NCBI GenBank assembly: GCA_965248355.1
Contig: OZ252098.1
Span: 4,960,001 to 5,024,000 of the forward strand
Source of the DNA: Candidatus Latescibacterota bacterium
GTDB lineage: Bacteria > Latescibacterota > UBA2968 > UBA8231
Reading direction: 5' to 3'
DNA length: 64,000 bases
Shown: in pieces, positions 40,501 to 50,199 of the stretch
How the letters are laid out: each line of letters opens with the position of its first letter
Position numbering within the stretch: position 1 is the first letter of the stretch
The notes under the pieces: generated by a model
Database searches by the model: none
The model's input: the letters and a program-made list of their open reading frames with translations, nothing else
What the model was told of the DNA's origin: nothing
Made by a program: the position numbers and the translations under genes

Positions 40501-41468
40501 CCACCCTACGCCTCCTCCTGCTGACCGCAACCCTCGCCGTCCCCGCCTGGGGAGATCCCCAGACCCCTCCATCATCGAGCCCGGTGCGGGTCCTTCCCTC
40601 CCTGCTGCCGGCCGTGCCCTTGCCCCATCGTCCGGATCCGTCGCTGCTGCGGGTGGCGGAGGCGTCCGGCCAGGAGGAGGGTGGGAGTTCCTCCGAAGCC
40701 GCCGCCGCGCGCCCCGGGGTGCGCTCGCCGAAGCGGGCCTTCCTGTTCTCGGCCCTGGTCCCGGGCGCCGGGGAGCTCTGGGCGGGATCGAAGATGAGGG
40801 CGGCCCTGTTCTTCGGCCTGGAGGTCCTCGGCTGGGGGACGTATGTCAGCTGGAACGCCAAAGGGGATGACCTGGAGGCCGGGTTCCGGGCGTTCGCAGA
40901 CACCACCTGGAACCCCTTGGACTACCTCGCCTGGCGCGACTCCCGTCAGGCCCGGCACACGTCGAGGACCCACACGCTGCCCTGCGACTCGCTCTTCGTG
41001 CAGGCGCGGTGGACGGAACCGGATCCGACCGATAAGGATGAAACCAGAAGGCGCAATCCGGCGGACGTCATACCCGAGGCGCTGAAGGGGTGCAGCACGA
41101 CCGAGACCCAGCAGTACTACGAGCTCATCGGCAAGTACGACCAGTTCATGGCCGGGTGGAAGGACGTCGTCGACAGCACCGGCTACCAGGTTCACTATTC
41201 CGAAATTGACTCGGCGGAGAACTTCTCCTCCAAGATCCGGAAGACGTACGAGGATCAACGCTACGAGAGCAACAAATACCTGAAGCGCGCCGGCAACGTG
41301 GCCGGCCTGCTGCTCGTCAACCACGTCCTCAGCGCCATCGACGCGGCGCGCGTGGCCCGGGCCCGCAACCTGGGCCAGGACGAGGCCGTCATCGACCGGC
41401 GCATCCGCTTCCTCGCCACCCTCGACGGGGACCGCACCGCCCGGTTGACGGCCTGGCGCCCCTTCTAA
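40497..41468 (+). CDS. Hypothetical secreted/membrane protein (SALVPGAGE family)
   Basis: Signal peptide, AFLFSALVPGAGELW, NHVLSAIDA; terminal Phe. Confidence 0.7.
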   Translation: MTTLRLLLLTATLAVPAWGDPQTPPSSSPVRVLPSLLPAVPLPHRPDPSLLRVAEASGQEEGGSSSEAAAARPGVRSPKRAFLFSALVPGAGELWAGSKMRAALFFGLEVLGWGTYVSWNAKGDDLEAGFRAFADTTWNPLDYLAWRDSRQARHTSRTHTLPCDSLFVQARWTEPDPTDKDETRRRNPADVIPEALKGCSTTETQQYYELIGKYDQFMAGWKDVVDSTGYQVHYSEIDSAENFSSKIRKTYEDQRYESNKYLKRAGNVAGLLLVNHVLSAIDAARVARARNLGQDEAVIDRRIRFLATLDGDRTARLTAWRPF

Positions 41469-41471
41469 CTG

Positions 41472-42104
41472 ATGGCGCTGCTCCGTCCGAGCCTCCTGGC
41501 GCTGGCCGCCCTCCTGCTGGCCGCGCCGGCCAGCGCCGATTCCGGAGCAGGCGGGTTCTGGCGCTCCCTGGTGCTGCCGGGCTGGGGGCAGCACGCCGCC
41601 GATGAGGGGCGCGCTGCGCGGCGGTTTCTGTCCATGGAGGCCATGCTGTGGCTCGGATACTGGGGGCTGCAGGGGGTGGCCGGCATCCGCGAGGAGAACT
41701 ACCGCACCTACGCCGCCGCCCACGCCGGGGCCCGGACCGGGGAAAAGGGGGAGGAGTACTTCGACGATCTCGGCTTCTACGCCAGCCACAATCAGCACAA
41801 CCGGTTCGCCAGGGTCGAGGACGGGGCGCAGGCCGAGCTCTACCCGGGCACCCCGGAATCCTCCTGGGAGTGGGATGCCGAAGCCTCCCGCCTGCGGTAT
41901 CGGCAGCTGCGCAACGGCGCCGAGGGCATGAAGCGGAACGCCCTTTACCTCACCGGTCTCGTGGTCGTGAACCACCTCGCGTCGGCGGTGCACGCGGCCC
42001 GGGCCATGCGCCTGCGGGCGGGCGAGCCGAGCGAGGCCGCCCTCTCCCTCGACTGGAGATTGAGCCCCCGCGGGGCCGTTATCGGCCTGCGCCGGAGATT
42101 CTGA
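41472..42104 (+). CDS. Hypothetical secreted/membrane protein, paralogous to upstream gene
   Basis: RSLVLPGWGQ and NHLASAVHA; terminal Phe. Confidence 0.7.
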   Translation: MALLRPSLLALAALLLAAPASADSGAGGFWRSLVLPGWGQHAADEGRAARRFLSMEAMLWLGYWGLQGVAGIREENYRTYAAAHAGARTGEKGEEYFDDLGFYASHNQHNRFARVEDGAQAELYPGTPESSWEWDAEASRLRYRQLRNGAEGMKRNALYLTGLVVVNHLASAVHAARAMRLRAGEPSEAALSLDWRLSPRGAVIGLRRRF

Positions 42105-42107
42105 GCC

Positions 42108-43751
42108 GTGGGCGCGGTCCAGCGGTGGACGGCCGTGCTCCTGGCGGCGGCCCTGTCTCCGGCATGGTCCGAGGCGCCGGGACATGCCTGGTGCGGCACC
42201 CGCTGGCTCGCCGAGCAGAGGGCGTCCGGGGTCCCGCCTCCGCCGCCGGCCGCCCGCCCGGCGTCCCCCGGCCAGGCAGAGGAGCCGCCCCCGGTCACCC
42301 TCGGCACGGAGCACCTGTTCCCGCTCTTCGGATCGCCGACCCCGGTGCGGGCCACCTGCCGGTACGTCGGCCGCCGCTGCTTCGTGTTCGTCGAGAACAC
42401 CCAGTGGGACACCGAGGGCGGGCCGGTGCTGCAGAGCGATGTGGACAAGCTCGCGGAGCTGTTCGACGCCAGCACCCCCGCCGACCCGGATCGCGGCATC
42501 TACGACCTCGTCGTCGAGACCTTCGGAGAGCCGGAGGACGTCGACGGGTACGAGCAGATCTTCCTCCTCCTGCTCGACATGCCCGATCCGGAGATCGTGG
42601 GCTACTTCGACCCGAATGTCTCCGCTCACGACCTGCCTGAGCATCGACGGGACCTGCTCTACCTGAGCCAGTTTCACCTTCGGCGCCAGGCTCGCCTGGC
42701 GAGGGGCACCTTGGCCCACGAGCTGCAGCATCTCCTTCACTGGAGCTCGGACCGCGACGAGGAGGACTGGTTGAACGAAGGTCTGTCCGGGTACGCCGAG
42801 GCGGTGGCGGGCTTTCCCGAGGCGGACCCGGCCGCGGTGCCCTCCTTCCTGGACCACCCCGAGACCTCGCTCACCAACTGGACGGGCAGGGCGCGCAGCT
42901 ACGGCGCGACCTACCTGTTCGCCGCGTACCTGGCGGAGCGCTACGGCCCGGACCTGATCCGGGCCCTGGTGGCCGAGCCCGACAACGGGATCGCCGGCGT
43001 GGGCAAGTCCCTGGACCGGGTCGGCTCGAGCCACAGCTTCGTCGACGCCTGGTCCGGCTGGGTGACGGCCAACTACGCGTCGGCCGATCCGCAACTCGCC
43101 TACAGCGCCCTCGGGGCCCGCCGGGTCAGGACCTTCGACTACGATGTCCTGCCCCAGGAGGGACTGACCTTCGCGCTGAGCGCTGCCTGGTCCACGGTGA
43201 ACGTCCTGTTCCGCACGCCCGGAAGCCTGGCCGTGGACTTCGACGGGGAGGACGGCGCCGGCTTCCGCGCCTGGACCTACGCCATGTCCCCGGACTCCTT
43301 CCAACTGGAGGAGGTGGCGCTCACGGGGGCCAACGAGGGCCGCGCGGAGGCCACCGGCATCGACAGCCTCGTGCTGATCGTCGGAGGAACCACGCCGCAG
43401 GGAGGACGATTCGATCTGTCGGCCGACGCGGCCACGGCCATATCGGTGGCGGTCCTGCCGGCTTTGGAAGCCGGCCCGCCCGGACTGCGGGAGGCCTACC
43501 CCAATCCGTTCAACGCCGAGGTGCGGATCCCCTATGCGCTGGCCGAGCCGGGCCGGGTGGAGCTGAGCGTTCTCTCCCTCGGCGGCCAGCGCCTGCGCCG
43601 TCTCGTGCAGGGACGGCGTGAGACCGGCCGCCACGAGGCGGTCTGGGACGGCCGGGACGAGGCCGGGCGGCGGGCGGCCTCGGGGACCTATCTCGTGCGC
43701 CTGCGCACCGCCGCATCGACCAGCGTCAGCCGTCTGGCCCTGGTCCGATAG
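42108..43751 (+). CDS. Secreted zinc metallopeptidase (gluzincin HELQH..NEG) with FlgD-Ig/T9SS CTD
   Basis: Signal peptide; CGT; AHELQH; WLNEGLS; AYPNPFN..WDGRD..ASGTY. Confidence 0.82.
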   Translation: MGAVQRWTAVLLAAALSPAWSEAPGHAWCGTRWLAEQRASGVPPPPPAARPASPGQAEEPPPVTLGTEHLFPLFGSPTPVRATCRYVGRRCFVFVENTQWDTEGGPVLQSDVDKLAELFDASTPADPDRGIYDLVVETFGEPEDVDGYEQIFLLLLDMPDPEIVGYFDPNVSAHDLPEHRRDLLYLSQFHLRRQARLARGTLAHELQHLLHWSSDRDEEDWLNEGLSGYAEAVAGFPEADPAAVPSFLDHPETSLTNWTGRARSYGATYLFAAYLAERYGPDLIRALVAEPDNGIAGVGKSLDRVGSSHSFVDAWSGWVTANYASADPQLAYSALGARRVRTFDYDVLPQEGLTFALSAAWSTVNVLFRTPGSLAVDFDGEDGAGFRAWTYAMSPDSFQLEEVALTGANEGRAEATGIDSLVLIVGGTTPQGGRFDLSADAATAISVAVLPALEAGPPGLREAYPNPFNAEVRIPYALAEPGRVELSVLSLGGQRLRRLVQGRRETGRHEAVWDGRDEAGRRAASGTYLVRLRTAASTSVSRLALVR

Positions 43752-44280
43752 GGTCCCGCAGGAGGCCGGGGCCTCCCTCGATCCGCAGCCGTCCGGCCCG
43801 CCGGACCCGTTCCCCCGTCTCCAGGTTGGCCAGGACCCCGGCCAGCCGCTCTCCGCGGACCGGGTGGACCAGGTCGGGGGCGATCTCCAGCAGCGGCTCG
43901 AGGACGAAGCGGCGCCTCGCCAGGTACGGGTGGGGGATCGTCAGTCCCGGCTCTTCGAGGCGGCGGTCCCCCATCAGCAGCAGGTCCAGGTCCAGTTTCC
44001 GCGGTCCCCAGCGCTCCCCGCGCCGTCGCCCGTGGGCGCTCTCGGTGGACAGCAGGGCCTCGAGGAGCCGGTGCGGCTCGAGGGAGGTCCTCAACTCGGC
44101 GGCGGCGTTGAGGAAATCGGCCTGGGCCACCGGGCCCACGGGGGAGGTCTCGTAGGTACTGGAAACGGCCGTGACCTCGATCGCCGCCCTGCGCTGCAGG
44201 TGGGCGATCGCCGATTCGAGCGCGGCGCGGCGGTCCCCCATGTTGGAACCGAGGCCGATGTAGCAACGTTCAGTCGCCAA
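43726..44280 (-). CDS. folK: 2-amino-4-hydroxy-6-hydroxymethyldihydropteridine diphosphokinase
   Basis: YIGLGSNMGD, FLNAA, WGPRKLDLDLL, IPHP and RRFVLEPL motifs. Confidence 0.95.
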   Translation of the reverse strand: MATERCYIGLGSNMGDRRAALESAIAHLQRRAAIEVTAVSSTYETSPVGPVAQADFLNAAAELRTSLEPHRLLEALLSTESAHGRRRGERWGPRKLDLDLLLMGDRRLEEPGLTIPHPYLARRRFVLEPLLEIAPDLVHPVRGERLAGVLANLETGERVRRAGRLRIEGGPGLLRDPIGPGPDG

Positions 44281-44641
44281 AGAGGCGTTCGATCTCCACC
44301 TCGAGGCCATCGAAGTGGCCGTCCACCGGGGGGTTGGGCTTGCGGACCCGCACACGGGCCGAGGCCAGGGCATCGAAGCGCTGGCCCAGGGCGGCGGCCA
44401 CGGCTTCGGCGAGGGCCTCCACCAGGCCGTACCGCCGTTCCCCCTTCACCACCTGCGCCACCAGGTCGTAGACAGCGGCGTAGTCGACGGTGAGGTCGGG
44501 GTCGTCGCGCTCGCCGGCGGCGCGCAGGTCCAGCCGGAGCTCCACGTCCACCTCGAAGCGCTGCCCCAACCTCGCCTCCTCGGGCCGCAGGCCGTGGCAG
44601 GCGTGGAAGGTCATGTTCCTGAGACGCAGCAGGTCGGACAT
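44270..44641 (-). CDS. folB: Dihydroneopterin aldolase
   Basis: FHACHG..E..GQRF, TVDY, LVEALA and VRKP motifs. Confidence 0.93.
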   Translation of the reverse strand: MSDLLRLRNMTFHACHGLRPEEARLGQRFEVDVELRLDLRAAGERDDPDLTVDYAAVYDLVAQVVKGERRYGLVEALAEAVAAALGQRFDALASARVRVRKPNPPVDGHFDGLEVEIERLFGD

Positions 44642-44670
44642 CGGTTGAACCCCGGCGGGATGTGCCTGCC

Positions 44671-46008
44671 TCAGGCTGGACCCTCGGGCGGTGCCGGCCG
44701 CGCAAGGGCCCGGTGGCCGATGTCCCGTCGGAAGTAGGCGCCTTCGAAGGAGACCTTGCGGACCGACCGGTAGGCCGAGGCCACGGCGGCGGGCAGGTCC
44801 CCGGCGACCGCCGTGACGGCGAGCACCCGTCCGCCCGCGGTCACCAGGCCTCCGTCCTCGAGGGCCGTGCCCGCGTGGAAGGGGAGCACGGTCTCGGAGT
44901 CCGCCAGGGAGTCCAGCCCCGTGATCGGCTTGCCGGTCTCGTACGAGCCGGGGTAGCCGGCCGAGGACATGACGACGCAGGCCGCGGCCCGGTCCGTATC
45001 GACCTCCACCGGCCCGGCGGCGCCCAGGTCCCCCCGGGCGGCAGCGGCCAGCAGCACGGCCAGGTCGGTGCGCAGGAGGGGGAGCACGACCTGGGCCTCG
45101 GGATCGCCGAAGCGGCTGTTGAACTCGACGACCTTGGGTCCCTCGGAGGTGATCATGAGCCCGCAATAGAGGACGCCCCGGTACGGGGTGCCGAGGCGCC
45201 GCATCTCGGCCAGCACCGGCTCGATGATCTCGCGCGAGGCCCGGTCGACCATATGGGGGGAGAGTACGGGGGCCGGAGCGTACGCCCCCATGCCGCCCGT
45301 GTTCGGGCCCGTATCCCCCTCGCCGATCGCCTTGTGATCCTGGGCCGGCACCAGGTTGACGTAGCGCTCGCCGTCGCAGACCGCGAACAACGAGGCCTCC
45401 TCACCCTCCATGAAGGCCTCGACGACGACCTCGGCGCCCGCATCCCCGAACCGGCGCCCGTCCACGATGGCGGTGACCGCCTCCACCGCCTCCTGCTCGG
45501 TGGCGCAGACCACGGCTCCCTTGCCGGCGGCCAGCCCGGAGGCCTTGATCACGATCGGCGCCCCCCGGGCGCGGATGTAAGCGATGGCTCCTGCGCTGTC
45601 GGAGAAAGTCCGGTGGGCGGCGGTGGGAACGCCCACCGAAGCCATCAACTGTTTCGAGAAGGCTTTGCTGCTTTCGATGCGGGCCGCCGCCTCCGTGGGC
45701 CCGAAGGCCAGCAGTCCCGCGGCTGCGAAGCGGTCGACCAGGCCCGCAGCCAGGGCGGCGTCGGGCCCGACCACGGTCAGGTCGATCCCCTCCCTTGCGG
45801 CGAAGGCCGCCAGCCGGTCGATCTCCCCCTCCAGGCGGGGCCGTTCGGCCAGGTCCAGATCGACCCGGTACCCGGGGAGGCACTCGGCGGCCGCCGCCAG
45901 GCCCGGAGAACCGGGAGCCGCGTACAGCCGCCGCACCCTCGGGGACCGGGCCAGCTTCCAGGCGAGGGCGTGCTCCCGCCCCCCCTTGCCGACGACCAGA
46001 ACCCTCAT
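44671..46008 (-). CDS. purD: Phosphoribosylamine--glycine ligase
   Basis: GGREHAL, GLAAGKG, QDHK..GPNTGGMGAY and EFNSRFGDPE motifs. Confidence 0.97.
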   Translation of the reverse strand: MRVLVVGKGGREHALAWKLARSPRVRRLYAAPGSPGLAAAAECLPGYRVDLDLAERPRLEGEIDRLAAFAAREGIDLTVVGPDAALAAGLVDRFAAAGLLAFGPTEAAARIESSKAFSKQLMASVGVPTAAHRTFSDSAGAIAYIRARGAPIVIKASGLAAGKGAVVCATEQEAVEAVTAIVDGRRFGDAGAEVVVEAFMEGEEASLFAVCDGERYVNLVPAQDHKAIGEGDTGPNTGGMGAYAPAPVLSPHMVDRASREIIEPVLAEMRRLGTPYRGVLYCGLMITSEGPKVVEFNSRFGDPEAQVVLPLLRTDLAVLLAAAARGDLGAAGPVEVDTDRAAACVVMSSAGYPGSYETGKPITGLDSLADSETVLPFHAGTALEDGGLVTAGGRVLAVTAVAGDLPAAVASAYRSVRKVSFEGAYFRRDIGHRALARPAPPEGPA

Positions 46009-46067
46009 CGAGAAGCCCACTCCTTCCGGCGGACGGGGCGCCGGCAGGCCACCTCCCGGGGAGGACG

Positions 46068-46991
46068 TCAGAGGTAGCCGAACTCCTTCAGGTCCCTCTG
46101 ACGTCTGCGCCAGTCGGGGCGCACCTTGACCCGCAACTCGAGGAACACGGGGCCATCGACCAGTTGCTCGATGCTGGCACGCGCTCCCGATCCGATGCTG
46201 CGCAGGCGTGCGCCCTTTCGGCCGATGACGATGCCCTTCTGACTGTCGCGCTCGACGTAGAGGGTGGCGAGAAGGTAGGTCTTGCGCCCGTCCCCCGCAC
46301 GGGGCTCGCGGAACTCGTCCACCTGCACCTGGATCGAGTACGGCAGCTCGTCGGCCAGCTGCTCGAAGGCGGTCTCGCGGATCAACTCGGCGGCGAAGAA
46401 CCGCTCCGGCTGCTCGGCGATCCGGTCCGCCGGGTACATGGCCGGCCCCGCCGGCAGGAGGTCTTCGAGACGGGACAGCAGGAACGCGACGTTCGTGCCG
46501 GTCAGGGCGGAGATCGGCAGGATGTCGGGCAGTCCGTGGTCGCCGGAGAGGCGTGCCAGCAGCGGTTCGAGCCCCTCCGGATCGATGCGGTCCACCTTGT
46601 TGAGCACGGGCAGCACCGGCTTGCGGTTGCGCTGGAGAAAGGCGTCCACCAGGCGGCTGCGGTCGTTCGGACGGGTCCCGTCGAGGAGCAGCACGACCGC
46701 GTCGGCGTCGGCGCAGGCCCTCCGGATCTGGACCTCCATCGTCTCGTGGAGGCGGTACCTGGCCTCGAGCAGGCCCGGCGTGTCGAGCAGGACGAGCTGG
46801 CTGGCGGGGCGGGTGAGGATCCCGAGAATGCGGCCCCTGGTGGTCTGGGGCCGCGCCGTGACGATGGACAGCCGCTGGCCGAGGAGGATGTTGAAGAGCG
46901 TGGACTTGCCCGCGTTGGGGCGGCCGACAAAGGCGACGTACCCGAAACGGGAGACCGGGCCGCGGGCGACGTCGCCCTCAGAACCGGACGT
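46068..46991 (-). CDS. era: GTPase Era (no canonical in-frame start before the G1 motif; ACG at 46991 proposed)
   Basis: The frame of ORF 46068..46739 extends upstream through GYVAFVGRPNAGKSTL, PQTTR and DTPG; NKVD, ISA and KH domain (IVIGRKG) follow. Confidence 0.9.
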   Translation of the reverse strand, partial: TSGSEGDVARGPVSRFGYVAFVGRPNAGKSTLFNILLGQRLSIVTARPQTTRGRILGILTRPASQLVLLDTPGLLEARYRLHETMEVQIRRACADADAVVLLLDGTRPNDRSRLVDAFLQRNRKPVLPVLNKVDRIDPEGLEPLLARLSGDHGLPDILPISALTGTNVAFLLSRLEDLLPAGPAMYPADRIAEQPERFFAAELIRETAFEQLADELPYSIQVQVDEFREPRAGDGRKTYLLATLYVERDSQKGIVIGRKGARLRSIGSGARASIEQLVDGPVFLELRVKVRPDWRRRQRDLKEFGYL

Positions 46992-47934
46992 CGGCGGAGA
47001 GGAGATAGGTGCCCTCGAGGTCGTCGTGCTGCAGGTAGGCCACGTCGACCTGAAGCCGGCGATTGACCTGCAGACCCAGGCCGAAGGTCTGCCGGAGCTC
47101 CTCGAAGCCGGCGCGCAGGGCGAGCCGGCCGGCGTCGTACTCGATCCCCGCGTGGACCGGGGCCTTTCCGGCCTCGTCCTCGGCGTCGCCTCCGGAGCGC
47201 GAGCCGACGGCCACGGAGGCCCGGCCGCCGGCGATGGCGCGGTGATAGGCCATCCCCAACACGATGGACGGCAGTATGCGGTCGGTGGTGCCGTCCCAGA
47301 AGATGGGCGTAGTGGTCACGTCGCGGAGGTTGAAGGCCAGGGTCAGGGAGGATGCCGGGCGGTAGCGGAGGCCGAGGTCGAGGCCGGCGCCGTAGGCGGT
47401 GAGGTCGGCCACCGAGCGATGGATGAGCTTGACGCTGGCGCCGGCATCGAGATCCTGCCCCAGCCGCCGGCCCGCGGAGACGTACAGGGCGTAGTCGGCG
47501 GCCGATTGAGTGGACGAGACGAAGGGTCGGTTGTCGGGACCCAGGGGCGAGGACGGGTCGGGCAGGTCGGTGAAGGGGATGTCGTCGACGCCGAGGCGCA
47601 GCAGGGCGATGCCGAGGCCGTCGAAGAACGGGCCTGGCATGACGAAGGCCAGGTAGTCCTGCTGAACGAGGCCGTTGAAGCGCTCGCCGTGGGTGAAGTG
47701 GGCCTGACGCTCCGGGGAGCCCCCGAGGACGGCGCTGTTCCAGTACCCGGCGGTGGCGGCGTCGGCCAGGGCCACGTAGGCGCTGCCGAGGGCGAGGCCC
47801 CGGGCCCCGGCGCCGACGGCCAGGAACTCGCCGGCGTAGGCGCTGGCCGCGTGGCCGGGCCCGGCGGTCCACTGCAGGAGGGCGGCGCAGATCAGGGTTG
47901 CACCGGCGCGTGGGAGCAGGATCCGTCGAGTCAC
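46978..47934 (-). CDS. Second PorV/PorQ-like (UPF0164-type) outer-membrane protein
   Basis: EFLAVGAGARGLALGSAYVALADAATAGYWN; terminal Phe; start approximate. Confidence 0.78.
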   Translation of the reverse strand: MTRRILLPRAGATLICAALLQWTAGPGHAASAYAGEFLAVGAGARGLALGSAYVALADAATAGYWNSAVLGGSPERQAHFTHGERFNGLVQQDYLAFVMPGPFFDGLGIALLRLGVDDIPFTDLPDPSSPLGPDNRPFVSSTQSAADYALYVSAGRRLGQDLDAGASVKLIHRSVADLTAYGAGLDLGLRYRPASSLTLAFNLRDVTTTPIFWDGTTDRILPSIVLGMAYHRAIAGGRASVAVGSRSGGDAEDEAGKAPVHAGIEYDAGRLALRAGFEELRQTFGLGLQVNRRLQVDVAYLQHDDLEGTYLLSADVRF

Positions 47935-47994
47935 GGTTTCAAGTCTAGAGGTGGTGGACAAGGACTTCAACTCAGGCGGGCTCTCCAGGGTTCC

Positions 47995-49338
47995 TCAGCG
48001 GACCAGGATCAGTCTCAGGTCCATGACGTTGGTCCCGGTGGGTCCGGTGACGATCAGGTCGTCGAGAGCCTCGAACAGGGGGTGCGAGTCGTTGCGCTCC
48101 AGGTGTCCAGCCGCCGGCAGGCCGGCGGCGGCGGCGCGCGCCACGGTCGTGCCGTCGGCGATCGCACCGGCGGCATCCGTGGGGCCGTCGGTGCCGTCGG
48201 TTCCGGCGCTCATCACCGTGATGCCCTCGGCGCCCTCGAGATCGAGGGCCGCGGCCAGGGCGAACTCCTGGTTGCGGCCGCCCTTGCCGTGGCCGCGGAG
48301 GGTGACCGTGGTCTCGCCGCCGCTGATCACGCAGGCAGGCGCCGGCACCGGTTGCCCGCTGAGGGCGATCTCGGCGGCGATGGCGGCGTGGACCCCGGCG
48401 ACCTGGCGGGTTTCCCCGGCGATTCTCGTGGACAGCACGAAGGCGTGATATCCCCGGCGGAGCGCCTCCTCCCGGGCCGCGGAGACGGCCAGGGCGTTGT
48501 TGCCGATCACCAGGTTGAGAGCTGACTGCACCGACGGGTCGGCGGCGCCCGGCGTCTCGGGGAGATGGCCGCCGCCGCCGCGCTCGAAGCGCGCCAGCAC
48601 GGACCCGGGAAGCTCCTGGCGCAGCCGGTAGCGGTCGATGAGCCGCAGGCAGTCCTCGAAGGTCGTGGGATCGGCGCAGGTCGGTCCCGAGGCGATGGTA
48701 TGCAGGGGGTCCCCGATGACGTCGGAGATCATCAGAGACAGCACCCGCGCCGGGGCCGCCCGGCGGGCCAGTTGGCCGCCCTTGACCTCGGACAGGTGCT
48801 TGCGGACGGCATTGAGCTCGTCGATCGTGGCCCCGCAGCGAAGCAGGGCATCGGTGGTGGCGACTTTCTCCTCCAGGGAGATGCCGTCGGCGGGCGCCGG
48901 CATCAGGGCCGAGCCTCCGCCGGAGAACAGGCACAGCAACACGTCGTCGGGCCCGAGGCGGTCGACGAGCCGGAGCATGCGCCCGGTCCCCGCGATCCCG
49001 GCGGCATCGGGCAGAGGGTGTCCGCACTCCACCGTGTGGACGGTCTTCAACTCCCGGCGGTGGCCGTACTTGGTGTTGATGGAGCCGGCCGTGAGACGGG
49101 GCCCGAGCACGGCCTCGGCGGCGGCGGCCATGGCCGGCGTGGCCTTGCCCGCCCCGGCCATGACGATGCGGGAGGCGCCGGAAAGGGGCAGGCGATGGTC
49201 GCCGGCCAGCAGTTCGGAGCCGCGCAGTGACAGGGTGCCGCCGACCAACGGCCCCGGCTCCACGGCGGCGATGGCGGCCTGGAGAATGGCCAGACCGTCA
49301 CGGCGGCGCCTGGCGGCCCCGTCCTCCGGCCGCCTCAC
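47995..49338 (-). CDS. Glycerate 2-kinase / hydroxypyruvate reductase (MOFRL family)
   Basis: GAGKA, SGGGSAL, KGGQLA, SDVIGD, GGETTV, GGRNQE and TGTNVMD motifs. Confidence 0.92.
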   Translation of the reverse strand: MRRPEDGAARRRRDGLAILQAAIAAVEPGPLVGGTLSLRGSELLAGDHRLPLSGASRIVMAGAGKATPAMAAAAEAVLGPRLTAGSINTKYGHRRELKTVHTVECGHPLPDAAGIAGTGRMLRLVDRLGPDDVLLCLFSGGGSALMPAPADGISLEEKVATTDALLRCGATIDELNAVRKHLSEVKGGQLARRAAPARVLSLMISDVIGDPLHTIASGPTCADPTTFEDCLRLIDRYRLRQELPGSVLARFERGGGGHLPETPGAADPSVQSALNLVIGNNALAVSAAREEALRRGYHAFVLSTRIAGETRQVAGVHAAIAAEIALSGQPVPAPACVISGGETTVTLRGHGKGGRNQEFALAAALDLEGAEGITVMSAGTDGTDGPTDAAGAIADGTTVARAAAAGLPAAGHLERNDSHPLFEALDDLIVTGPTGTNVMDLRLILVR

Positions 49339-49345
49339 GGGAGGG

Positions 49346-49975
49346 TCACATCCTCCTCATCAGGCCCACCACCTTGCCCGCGATGCGCAACTGGGTCCCC
49401 TCTTCGCCGGAGAGTACGATGGGCTCGTAGGCCGGGTTCTCCGGGAGGAGCCGGACGGCCCCGGGGATCGGATCGAAGCGTTTGACGGTGGCCTCGTCGT
49501 CGAGCAGGGCGACGACGATGTCGCCGCGGTCGGCCGTCGACTGCTGGCGGGCGACGACGATGTCTCCGTCGAGGATGCCGGCCTCGGTCATGCTGTCGCC
49601 CCGTACTCGCAGGGCGAAGGCTTCGCCCGACGCCGGCGCCAGCGACGGGTCCACGTGAATGGTGGTCTCCACGTTCTCCTCGGCCAGGATCGGAGCGCCG
49701 GCGGCGACCCGGCCGAGAACGGGCACCTGGACCGTTTCGTGCTCGGCCAGGTAGGGGCCGCCGGCGACCAGCTCGATGCCCCGCGACAGGCGGGGATGGC
49801 GGCGGATGTGGCCCTTTTTCTCCAGCGCGGCCAGGGTGGTCCGCACGCCATTGGTGGAGTTGATGCCGAACTGCTCCATGATCTCGCGGATGGTGGGCGG
49901 GGCCCCGCGTCCGCGGATGATGCCGGCGATGAAGTCGAAGATCGCCCGCTGACGCTCGGTCAGTGCTTTCGGCAT
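49346..49975 (-). CDS. lexA: SOS repressor LexA
   Basis: LTERQ..PPTIREI HTH; VAAG cleavage site; GDSM (Ser) and TVKR (Lys). Confidence 0.96.
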   Translation of the reverse strand: MPKALTERQRAIFDFIAGIIRGRGAPPTIREIMEQFGINSTNGVRTTLAALEKKGHIRRHPRLSRGIELVAGGPYLAEHETVQVPVLGRVAAGAPILAEENVETTIHVDPSLAPASGEAFALRVRGDSMTEAGILDGDIVVARQQSTADRGDIVVALLDDEATVKRFDPIPGAVRLLPENPAYEPIVLSGEEGTQLRIAGKVVGLMRRM

Positions 49976-50038
49976 GGCCTGGCCTCCTCTCCGTGATGTC
50001 GGGTGTGCGCGTCCCGATCCAAGGCAACCGATACGCCC

Positions 50039-50067
50039 AATTTACTGCACATTCGTTCATTTGTCAA
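50039..50067 (-). promoter_or_regulatory. lexA promoter (TTGACA-N17-TAAATT) containing candidate LexA box TGAAC-N4-GTGCA (50046-50059)
   Basis: Read on the minus strand; an imperfect palindrome lies between -35 and -10. Confidence 0.6.
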
Positions 50068-50199
50068 CTGATGGCCCGTCTCCCCGCTCTCTGGTTGACA
50101 AAGTCCACCCTTCTCTCTACCGTACTGTGCCAATTGATCGTAAGTCCACCAGTTTCACGGAGTTGGCTCATTCCCCGGGTAGCCTGACGGCCTTTGCAG

